Assembly (NCBI GenBank): GCA_041946805.1
Contig: JBHGBC010000041.1
Coordinates: 1 to 40,531, forward strand
Length of the DNA stretch: 40,531 bases
Origin: a bacterium
GTDB lineage: Bacteria > Hinthialibacterota > Hinthialibacteria > Hinthialibacterales > Hinthialibacteraceae
Reading direction: 5' to 3'
In this document: positions 11,545 to 19,118 of the stretch, piece after piece
Layout of the letters: each line of letters opens with the position of its first letter
Numbering within the stretch: the first letter of the stretch is position 1
Program-made: the position numbers and the translations under genes
Notes under the pieces: generated by a model
The model's database searches: none
Seen by the model: the letters and a program-made list of their open reading frames with translations, nothing else
What the model was told of the DNA's origin: nothing

Positions 11545-11652
11545 TTTCAGGATCAAAAATCCGGGTTTTTTCCTCTTCGCTCTTTCCCCTGTTGCGGCAT
11601 CGAACCGTTCCCGGGCATCCGGACGGTCAAATTTTCAACAAGGGGGTCCATC

Positions 11653-12177
11653 ATGGATCAGGTTGAACAGGTTGTGAGGATGTTTGAGGATCGGCTTGTA
11701 TCTCGTCCGGGATCGGATGCCTGGGCATCGCTCAGTGAGTTGCTGAACGGGGCTTCGGCTTGGCGGATCGAGTTGAACCGTCGCTGGGCTGGCCGGGAGG
11801 ATTGGGCCGCATTCCTGGCCTGGGAGAATGGCATTAGGGCCAGAATGGAGAATTCTGTTCTGATTCGCGTCGGGCTTTGGTCGGGCATCGTGGAAAAGAC
11901 GGATGAGAGTTTCGTCCTCATTTATATGGACGGACGCGGTTTCATTCGGGGGGCCGTTGTTCGCCGTGAAGGCGGGCGGTGGGCCTGGGCGGAAGAGTTC
12001 CTGGAGTCGGAAAACCATCAGGCCGTTCCGCTGGATGGTCTGAGCGCCATCATGGAAGCCGCGCGGGCATGGTTCGCCGCGAAATCGTCGAAGTTCCCGA
12101 TCCCGATCAAGCCGCGTGCGGGCCAGGGGGTTGAGCCGATCCAGGAAGAAGAGTTACAGCCGGTGGGCCAAGCCTAG
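11653..12177 (+). CDS. Hypothetical Trp-rich cargo protein of the element
   Basis: 174-aa ORF with AGGGGG RBS; opposite in orientation to the element core; no family recognised. Confidence 0.6.
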   Translation: MDQVEQVVRMFEDRLVSRPGSDAWASLSELLNGASAWRIELNRRWAGREDWAAFLAWENGIRARMENSVLIRVGLWSGIVEKTDESFVLIYMDGRGFIRGAVVRREGGRWAWAEEFLESENHQAVPLDGLSAIMEAARAWFAAKSSKFPIPIKPRAGQGVEPIQEEELQPVGQA

Positions 12178-12245
12178 AGCAATCTGTTTTTCCACTGGGA
12201 GAGAGCAATCAAGATCAGCAGGGTCATCGTCCAAATAAACATCAT
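12174..12245 (-). CDS. Possible 22-23-aa hydrophobic peptide (MMFIWTMTLLILIALSQWKNRLL)
   Basis: Read manually. GGAGGA lies just upstream (4-nt spacing from GGAGG to the second ATG); the stop overlaps the convergent gene's stop (CTAG). Confidence 0.35.
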   Translation of the reverse strand: MMFIWTMTLLILIALSQWKNRLL

Positions 12246-12259
12246 TCCTCCAACGAATC

Positions 12260-12296
12260 CCGCCCGTCATGGCCGATCACCACGGCGGGCGGTTTT
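12260..12296 (+). terminator. Putative intrinsic terminator
   Basis: CCGCCCGTCATGG...CCACGGCGGGCGG stem followed by TTTT. Confidence 0.55.
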
Positions 12297-12299
12297 CTG

Positions 12300-12866
12300 T
12301 TACCGTTCCAGGATTTCGGCAAGTTCCGCGTCGATTTCGGCATCCGTCATTTCCTCAACGGGTTTCTCGGTGATTGTTGATTCGAGATATTCGCGCCGTC
12401 CCCAGCGCTTCGAGAAGCGCCGTTCGAGCAACCAGGCCAGCGCGCGCCAGTCGGTTTCCGTGAATTGTTCGGTTGTTTCCTCAGTGATGAGAACCGGCTT
12501 GCCGTCCACGTCGAGAACCGGCCTGCCGTTATCCAGCAAAGGTTTAACGGTGGTTCGCGTCCTGGTTACGCCGTGCTCTTCCCCTGCCTGGCGTATGAAC
12601 TCAACCGCTTCGCCTTCGCTCTGGGCTAGGGCTTTATATACTAAGTCGGAAAAAATACGGTAACAGTCGCCTTCGGGCGCGGTTGCGCCTTTGCGTATCC
12701 ACGAATGAAGCGTATCCCGATGGATGCCTGCGCAGGCCGCCGCCGTTTCCAAATAATTCCCGCAACGGATGGCGGTAACGATGATGTCTTGGGCTTCGGC
12801 GGTGAGTTTGATCCCCGCGCCTACGGGCCTGCCAGGGCCACGCCTGGGTTTCGTGTTCTTCTTCAT
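12300..12866 (-). CDS. Putative terminase small subunit-like HTH protein
   Basis: GRP..KLT...I..AIRCGNYLETAAACAGI.RDTLHSWIRKG HTH, DWRALAWLLERRF..RWGR motif and an acidic MTDAEIDAEL tail. From recall, this pattern occurs in phage HTH genes immediately upstream of TerL. Confidence 0.6.
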   Translation of the reverse strand: MKKNTKPRRGPGRPVGAGIKLTAEAQDIIVTAIRCGNYLETAAACAGIHRDTLHSWIRKGATAPEGDCYRIFSDLVYKALAQSEGEAVEFIRQAGEEHGVTRTRTTVKPLLDNGRPVLDVDGKPVLITEETTEQFTETDWRALAWLLERRFSKRWGRREYLESTITEKPVEEMTDAEIDAELAEILER

Positions 12867-13117
12867 GGTTTCACCTTCCTTTGCCGCGGCCGGTGGCAGC
12901 GCCGCGCCGGGGCCTTGGCCGTGTAGCAGCCAAGCAATTTTGAGGCGGTCTTCTCTTCGAGGGTGAGTAACAGGGCGCGGTCCTGTTCCCTGGAAGGCGT
13001 TTCCCGCAGCAGGTCATCCCTGCCGGGAAGGTTGGCCAGTTCGGGAACAGCGCCGGGGTCCAGGAACGGGAGATTCGGTTGTTCGCCGTCCGGTTTGAGG
13101 TTCGGTTTTGTTCTCAT
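12863..13117 (-). CDS. Hypothetical protein
   Basis: Same GGAAGGTGAAAC RBS context as the next gene; its stop overlaps the next start (ATGA). Confidence 0.5.
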   Translation of the reverse strand: MRTKPNLKPDGEQPNLPFLDPGAVPELANLPGRDDLLRETPSREQDRALLLTLEEKTASKLLGCYTAKAPARRCHRPRQRKVKP

Positions 13118-13196
13118 AGTTTCACCTTCCATTTTTTCCTGGAATGGATGATGGTGCTTGGGTGGTGCGCCGCCCGTTGGGTGATTTCGCCGTCTC

Positions 13197-13451
13197 TTAG
13201 ATTTCTTCCTCGATTGAAGCGCGGGCTTGCCGCAAGCCCTCGATTACAGAATCCAGTTCATCGGGTTCAAGCCTCAGGGCTATCCCTTTGCGAGAGGGCC
13301 GTATATCGTCCGGGGCTATTAACCGCCAAACTCGAATGTGGACGTTGACGAATCCCTTGAACTCATCCAGGGAAACGCGAACGCATTCCCCATTCTGCCG
13401 GGGGGATTCGGTGAGGATTTGATTCCTCGATTCCGTCTTCGCTTCCGTCAT
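13197..13451 (-). CDS. PC4/YdbC-family single-stranded DNA-binding protein
   Basis: VRVSLDEFKG..NVHIRVW.......PSRKGIAL is the PC4 signature; RBS AAGGAAGG. Confidence 0.8.
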   Translation of the reverse strand: MTEAKTESRNQILTESPRQNGECVRVSLDEFKGFVNVHIRVWRLIAPDDIRPSRKGIALRLEPDELDSVIEGLRQARASIEEEI

Positions 13452-13580
13452 GGCGTTGATCCTTCCTTGAAAGAAAAGTTGGGTTGTGGTTGTGTGGGCA
13501 TCATCCCCCGCAGGATTCGGCGAAGCGCGAATCCCCTAGAAAACCTAAAAGCCTTCTTAAAAACTAGCTAACATACTCAT

Positions 13581-13685
13581 GTCCCAACTATTTCCGCCTG
13601 CGTCCCAATTTTTTCCCCCCTGGTTTTCCGCCTGCGTCCCAAATATTTCCGCCTGCGTCCCAAATATTTCCGCCTAAACGCCCAA
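13581..13685. repeat. Iteron-like direct repeats (putative replication origin)
   Basis: TTTCCGCCTGCGTCCCAA exact at 13591, 13625 and 13646, degenerate at 13667; 21-bp period for the last three. Just downstream of the Rep-like gene, next to an A-rich tract (13540-13578). Confidence 0.8.
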
Positions 13686-13693
13686 CCGCTTCT

Positions 13694-14428
13694 TCATTGA
13701 GACATGCTGTTTCGTAGGTGGGCAGGCCTGAGAAAAACGCACCAAGCATCTTCATCCGGTTCGAATAATTTGGCGTATCCATCGTCATCAATTTCTTGCA
13801 CCCTTTGAATCAGGCCGTAATTTTCCAAGTCTTTGATAGCGTTCCGCACGCTTCGCGTTGTAATGCCTGCACACTCAGCGAGAATATTTCGCTGCGCGTT
13901 ACAGGTATCAAATTGCCGCTCGGCAAAGCCGCTGCCGTCCTTGGTTGTTTGTTCCGACAGCATGTCATACCGCGCCCAATGCCTCATGGTGCAATAAAGC
14001 GCCTTCGCCGCCGGGGTGAGCGAAGCCCAATTGCCGCTTTGAACGATGCAACGGTGGAATGGGAACCATGATCCACGAATGCTTACAACCGGCTTTTTGA
14101 ACGAGTAGATATTCTTGTATTTCCCCTGCCGGGTGAGAATTTTTCTTACTGTGAATTCGGGCAGCGCTTTTAAATCTGCCACACCTCTACAAACCGTATT
14201 CTTGCTTGAGCCTGCGAGGGCCGAAATTCGCCTGATTCCCGGGCAACAGGATTCATTGATGAACATGTGCGCCAGGATGACGGGTAGAATGGATTTCGCT
14301 GCCAATGACAATTCCGCCCAGGGGCCAATCGGGGATATATCCTTTAGTTCCTCGTATTGAAACAAAGTTCTCGGCATCGGAAAGAATCCGTTGTAGTCGA
14401 TTTCATCCTTGAAAAATTCTCTCATCAT
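13694..14428 (-). CDS. Putative replication initiator with two winged-HTH domains
   Basis: Two repeats of [FFP....W..L..AAK.....HTH]: CCPGIRRISALAGSSKNTVCRGVADL and RNILAECAGITTRSVRNAIKDLENYGLI. Iterons follow the stop. Start uncertain (14428 or 14494). Confidence 0.6.
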   Translation of the reverse strand: MMREFFKDEIDYNGFFPMPRTLFQYEELKDISPIGPWAELSLAAKSILPVILAHMFINESCCPGIRRISALAGSSKNTVCRGVADLKALPEFTVRKILTRQGKYKNIYSFKKPVVSIRGSWFPFHRCIVQSGNWASLTPAAKALYCTMRHWARYDMLSEQTTKDGSGFAERQFDTCNAQRNILAECAGITTRSVRNAIKDLENYGLIQRVQEIDDDGYAKLFEPDEDAWCVFLRPAHLRNSMSQ

Positions 14429-14534
14429 TATTCCCCATAAAACGCCGCCTGGCGGGTAGCCTTCCGGGGAATGAGAGAAGGCTATCTTTTCCACATGTTC
14501 CCCAACATGCGCCCGCCTGGCAGCGATTTATTAT

Positions 14535-14834
14535 TTACCTTCGCGCCGCGCGGGCAGGCTTCCGCTTAGATTCTTTACTTGCATTCGGATTCGGGCGTTC
14601 GGCAGTGGATTGACATTCGCGGGCCTGCATCCACGCGTCGAGTGCCGATTCGGCATATCGGATGCAGCGATTGGAAATTTTAACGAAGGGCGGGCCGCCG
14701 CCGCGAAGCCTCCAAGCCTGCATGGCGGATGCGGTCACTCCGATTTTTTGCGCCGCCTGTCGCTCGTTGAGGTAAATTTCGGCATAGGGATGTTTCCGCG
14801 TTTCGGTGGTTTCTTGATTTCCTTGGAAAGGCAT
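14535..14834 (-). CDS. AlpA/excisionase-type HTH protein
   Basis: YLNERQAAQKIGVTASAMQAWRLRGGGPPFVKIS.RCIRY..SALDAWM; downstream of the integrase. Start uncertain. Confidence 0.85.
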   Translation of the reverse strand: MPFQGNQETTETRKHPYAEIYLNERQAAQKIGVTASAMQAWRLRGGGPPFVKISNRCIRYAESALDAWMQARECQSTAERPNPNASKESKRKPARAARR

Positions 14835-15059
14835 ATGAAGACCCTGTAAAACGGCCAGAGGCCGAGCTAAGCGCCGCAACGCAGCGCGCCCGTTTTGCGC
14901 CTCCTTTTGGTGCGCACTCCTCCTTGGTTGGCCTTCGTGAGTCCGAAATCCCCTAGTGCCCATCCAGGGGGACGGATGATTGCGGTGTTGCCCATTGCGG
15001 GCGTGATGAGGTTTTCACCTTTTGACGTTGCGCCGGGCAGGTGTCGCCTGATGGGTGTA

Positions 15060-15087
15060 ATTATAGGCGTACATCGTAACCAGTCAA
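15060..15087 (-). promoter_or_regulatory. Putative strong sigma70 promoter for the xis-rep-PC4-terS run
   Basis: Minus strand TTGACT-N16-TATAAT. Confidence 0.6.
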
Positions 15088-15220
15088 GGATATTTCCCTC
15101 AGTGTAATTTCCCGGAAGTGCCGGGTAATGCCGTGATGTTGGTGCCCATGGTTTGGTATGGGGCAGGCTGAGAAAGTCGCTTGGCGGGCTTGTATGGCAG
15201 GATTTCGCGGGCTGATTGCG

Positions 15221-16393
15221 TCATCCCGTCTTCTTGACGGTGAGCAAGTCAATCACCTTCGCGCCGTGCTTTTCCGCCGCCTCGGCCAGGGGCTTGGTTC
15301 CCAGGTGGGCGTAAACATCGGCGGTCACGGCCAGGTTCTTATGGGAGAGCAATTCGGATACCACATGCAGGCTGATTCCCGAATCAACCATCATCGAGGC
15401 CGCGCTTCGCCTCAAATCGTGAATCCGAACGTCCGGGATCCCCGCCGCCACGCGCAACCGTTCCCAGGCATGGCGTACATTCTTGGTGGGGAAAACGCGG
15501 TTATCGTCCAGGGAACGCGGTAACGATACCAGCAGGTCAACCGCCGCTTGGGAGAGGGGCAGGGTATGCGCCTTCTTGTTCTTGCTATGCGCCGACGGTA
15601 TTTGCCAGAGACGTTGCTCCAGGTTAATTTCTCGCCATTCCGCCGCCAGGGTTTCTCCGATCCGGGTTCCGCATAACAGGCTGAGAGTGATTGCGCCCTT
15701 GGCGTAAACGTCTTGCTCTTGGGCCAGGGCCGCGCCCAGCCGCCGCAATTCGTCTTCAGTCAAAACGCGGTCCCTGGGCCGTTCAGGGAACTTCTTAATT
15801 TTCCTCGCGGGATTTTCAAAACCGTCGGGTAGAGTCCCCCAATCGAGAGCCACGGCATAAATCCGCCGAATCAATTCCATTGTCCGGTTCGATTCCATGG
15901 GGGCCGTTTCCCCGATCCGGGAATGGAGCGCGGCCACATCCGCGCGGTTGACGGCATCGAGCCGCCGGTTTCCCAGGGCCGGAAGGATGTTCTTCCCGAT
16001 CCGCCGCGCGTCTTCCCTCCAGGTCTTGCGGAACTTCTTGGCGTACCGTTCGATGAATTGTTCCGCGAATTGCGCCACGGTCAGGAATTCCCGTTGCCGC
16101 CGCCGGTTTTCGATGGGGTCTTCCCCCGCCACAATTTGTTCCCAGAGGGTTTGCGCCTGGCGGCGGGCAAAGTCCAGCGTAACTTTGTCCGCGCGTCCGA
16201 TGCTGATGAACCGTTTCCGGCCTTTCCAACGGTAGGTAAGCCCATACGATTTCATCCCGCTGGGGAATAGCCGCACATGAAAGCCGGGAATCGTGGTATC
16301 CATGACGATATGCAGTCCCTTGGTTCCCCGTTCGCTGACCGCGCCTTCGTAGGTAAGGCTGTCCACCATCTTTTTTGTGAGTTTCCGGGCCAT
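15221..16393 (-). CDS. int: Tyrosine recombinase/integrase with N-terminal arm-binding domain (P4-like)
   Basis: N-terminal KLT..VDSL...DT.IPGF.VR...SG.KS arm domain; catalytic R (GTRIGE), K (SKN), HDLRR, LLSH and Y (DVYAH) all present. Confidence 0.95.
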   Translation of the reverse strand: MARKLTKKMVDSLTYEGAVSERGTKGLHIVMDTTIPGFHVRLFPSGMKSYGLTYRWKGRKRFISIGRADKVTLDFARRQAQTLWEQIVAGEDPIENRRRQREFLTVAQFAEQFIERYAKKFRKTWREDARRIGKNILPALGNRRLDAVNRADVAALHSRIGETAPMESNRTMELIRRIYAVALDWGTLPDGFENPARKIKKFPERPRDRVLTEDELRRLGAALAQEQDVYAKGAITLSLLCGTRIGETLAAEWREINLEQRLWQIPSAHSKNKKAHTLPLSQAAVDLLVSLPRSLDDNRVFPTKNVRHAWERLRVAAGIPDVRIHDLRRSAASMMVDSGISLHVVSELLSHKNLAVTADVYAHLGTKPLAEAAEKHGAKVIDLLTVKKTG

Positions 16394-16434
16394 GGCCGTT
16401 CCCCTTCCCGTAAAAAAAGCAGTTGTTTTTCTTG

Positions 16435-16452
16435 AGCTACCTTTTGAGCTAC
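16435..16452 (+). promoter_or_regulatory. Putative integrase arm-binding pair (TTGAGCTACC x2)
   Basis: Direct repeat with 12-bp period between the int start and attR. Confidence 0.6.
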
Positions 16453-16554
16453 CCTGGAATATGCTATTCTATAGTAAAACATGGGAAAGATGAAGAGAAA
16501 AAGCCCAATAAAAACGTGGTTTATGGTTTTACAAGGGTGGTAGTAAGCGATATG

Positions 16555-16604
16555 GCAACTGCCTTCTAAGCAGTAGGCTGCAGGTTCGAGTCCTGCTGGG
16601 CGCG
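16555..16604 (+). repeat. attR: duplicated 3' two-thirds of tRNA-Arg
   Basis: Identical to 11426-11475; similarity extends to 16634/11505 with 2 mismatches. Confidence 0.95.
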
Positions 16605-17280
16605 GGTTGATTGGATTGAAGTTACGTTAAGCCTGCCTAAGCCGGAAAATCCATTAGCTACTACATAGCTACGATTCAGCCCCATATCCCCTCATTTCTC
16701 TATTTGGTTTTCACCCGGTACCACCCCCGCCTTCCGGGGTTCACCAACTGTTCGAGAGGGTATAGATCATAAACGCGGTCCTCGATGAAGTCTGATGGAT
16801 TCCCGGCCAGATGGTCTCCCGGGAAAACCCCGCCGCCCTCCGCCAATAGGGTGCAATCGGATCGGCAGGGGATGCCTCCAACGGCTGGAGGTTTCATCCC
16901 GGGGTTTGTTGTGTTCGCGTTATGTTATATTATTAAATCTTTTATTGACTTCTTTTTCTGATTAGTTGCCAAAAGAAATAGACTGGTCAGGATACGTTCT
17001 CGCGTTTAATTGTATCGATTGAGTTCGGGTGATCAGGTAATTTTCTCTCCTTTTTCAAGCCCTGTTCTTATCTGTAAAACCATATTGTGATAAAATCCGG
17101 TAAAAGGTTTTATCTAGGAGGCATGAGAGGAAAGGGCGGGTATATTTTATTTTTTTAATATTATCATGGCAAACAAGTTGCATTCAACCGGATTCCGGAC
17201 TGGATCACTCATGCCCTTCCTCCGGCTTGCGAGGCGGTTTCCGGTCCGGTTGGCTCCCATATCGGTCAGGAGACGGCCTT

Positions 17281-17766
17281 ATGCCCAAAAAGACCAGTAA
17301 AACCGGCAGTGAGTTGTTCATCGTCGACAACAGTGATGCCGAATGGAAGGTCCAAAAGTACCTGCACGAGTGGTGCCAAATCTCGAAGCAAATCGATGTC
17401 GCCACGGGCAATTTCGAGATCGGCTCCTTTTTGTCTCTCGAGGAAGCTTGGCAGAAGGTCGACACCATCCGGATCTTGATGGGGAACAACGTTTCGCTGT
17501 GGACCAAGAAGGCCTTCGAGGACGGTCTGGCCGGATTTCTCAGCTTCCGGATCTACAACCACACCGTCTTGCACCGGCCCAACCGGCAGGTACGCCACGA
17601 ACTGCGACAAATGCGGGAGCAGGTTTTCGATCCGGCATATGAAAGATCGCAGTTGGACCATGTTGTATTCGACATCCTCCCCCTGACTCCCAGGGAGCGG
17701 GAGGGGGTGTACGAGGCGGTGATCCAGTTAGTGGAGACGCGGCTGAAGAAGGCGGAGAGCGTGTGA
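17281..17766 (+). pseudogene. Chimeric remnant: N-terminus of a PLD-SF2 helicase fused to the C-terminus of a type IIG-like methyltransferase
   Basis: ELFIVDNSD..WKV..YL.EWC.....DVATG.FEIG....L...WQK.D.IRILMG resembles PLD-helicase N-termini. LDHVVFDIL.LT..EREGVYEAVIQLVETRLKKA resembles MTase C-termini. No catalytic motifs lie between them. Assignment from recall. Confidence 0.6.
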
Positions 17767-17786
17767 GCCCAACAAAGGAGGACATC

Positions 17787-18680
17787 ATGGCCAAAGTCGT
17801 AAGTTTCATCAATTACAAGGGGGGCGTGGGCAAGACCACGGTGGCGGTGGAGATGGCGGCCAGCCTGGCGTATCACAAGAAGAAGCGGGTGCTGCTCGCC
17901 GACCTGGATCCCCAAACCAACGCCACGTTTTACCTGATGACCGCCGAGGATTGGGAGAACTGGGCGCGGGACCATGGAACCCTGAAGAATATCATCATGG
18001 CATTTATAGCGAATCCACCTGAATATTTCAAAACGCATGATTACATATATAAAGATTTTTTATATCATCCACGAAATCATGAACTAATATCCTTACATCT
18101 GTTACCCTCCCACTTGGAACTTATGACCGCTGATATGAAATTGGCCATGCGTTTCGGTGCAGAAAGTTTCGAGGGACGGAAAATCCTACGAACAGCCTTT
18201 GAAACCATCAAGAATGATTATGATTATATCATATGCGATTGCCCCCCAAATCTCAACATTACTACGCAGAATGCCATCCTGGCCAGCGACGCCTTGATGA
18301 TCGTGGCCATGCCGGAATATCTATCCACCTTGGGAATCAGTGAAGTGGAAAGAGCCGTGAGGCAAGTCGTTGATGAGATCAACCAATACATACAAGGATT
18401 TTGTACGTTCAAAGGCCCGGAAATGAAAGGCATCATCTTCAACCGGGTTCACTATCGGACTGGTGGCACCAATTATCAAGAAAGTATGATGGACCGGGTT
18501 CGTGAACAATGGCCTGATCTAGTTTTTGATCATTTTGTGTCTCAAAGTGACAAGTTATCACAGAGTTCCGAACCCTCCCGTTACCCCATTGCCATATCCG
18601 GCTATGCAGCCGACCGGGTATATGAAAATCAACTGAAAGCTTGCGCCGAGGAATTTATGCTGCGCCTGGGAGAAAACTAA
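17787..18680 (+). CDS. ParA/Soj-family ATPase (no ParB nearby)
   Basis: NYKGGVGKTT deviant Walker A, DLDPQTNAT, DYIICDCPPN; RBS AAGGAGG. Confidence 0.92.
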   Translation: MAKVVSFINYKGGVGKTTVAVEMAASLAYHKKKRVLLADLDPQTNATFYLMTAEDWENWARDHGTLKNIIMAFIANPPEYFKTHDYIYKDFLYHPRNHELISLHLLPSHLELMTADMKLAMRFGAESFEGRKILRTAFETIKNDYDYIICDCPPNLNITTQNAILASDALMIVAMPEYLSTLGISEVERAVRQVVDEINQYIQGFCTFKGPEMKGIIFNRVHYRTGGTNYQESMMDRVREQWPDLVFDHFVSQSDKLSQSSEPSRYPIAISGYAADRVYENQLKACAEEFMLRLGEN

Positions 18681-18682
18681 TC

Positions 18683-19063
18683 ATGGCATCCGCCCGTACA
18701 ACTCATACCCTAGCTGAATTGCTCGAAGAAGTCACGCAGGCACTCCGTCAAATGCCGGACATTCCCTTGTCCGAATTGAAGACCAAGGAAAAGCCCAAAA
18801 AGAAGCCCGAAGTCGATCTATCCCATCTAATCGCGCACTTTCCGCAATTCACCCGCGAAGAAGCGGAGACGAGATTGAAAGCTTTGAAGCAGAAGGAACT
18901 TATAGAATTATGCAAAGGGCTTCAAGTCACGGTCGGTTCCCGCAAGACCAAAGCGCTGATGATTAAGCAGATTTTATGGGATGCGTTTGATTCCAAAATC
19001 GAATTGGAACGTATACGGACATACGAAGAAACAACGAGTACAGATACGGCTGCAAATGAATAA
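18683..19063 (+). CDS. Small helical protein, possible Rho-N/SAP-like nucleic-acid-binding motif
   Basis: LKALKQKELIELCKGLQV......TKALMIKQI; starts 2 nt after the parA stop. Confidence 0.65.
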   Translation: MASARTTHTLAELLEEVTQALRQMPDIPLSELKTKEKPKKKPEVDLSHLIAHFPQFTREEAETRLKALKQKELIELCKGLQVTVGSRKTKALMIKQILWDAFDSKIELERIRTYEETTSTDTAANE

Positions 19064-19118
19064 CAACTGCTAAATTTGGCCGCATCGGTGTACACCAGCA
19101 TCAAATCATGGGGGCGTT

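Larger units (their letters stand above)
11426..16604. mobile_element. Integrated ~5.1 kb element (putative phage satellite) in tRNA-Arg(UCU)
   Basis: Exact 50-bp direct repeat at 11426-11475 and 16555-16604. Intact tyrosine integrase next to the right repeat; Xis-, Rep-, PC4- and TerS-like genes inside. Confidence 0.9.

Noticed and set aside
13581..13685. CRISPR array
   Set aside because: Repeats are 18 bp and nearly abutting (3-nt gaps), with no unique spacers and no cas genes; iterons fit better.
16555..16604. Second tRNA gene
   Set aside because: Lacks the 5' acceptor strand and D arm; it is the att duplication.
16700..16897. 65-aa minus-strand ORF right of attR
   Set aside because: No recognisable family or clear RBS; may be a gene remnant but cannot be supported.
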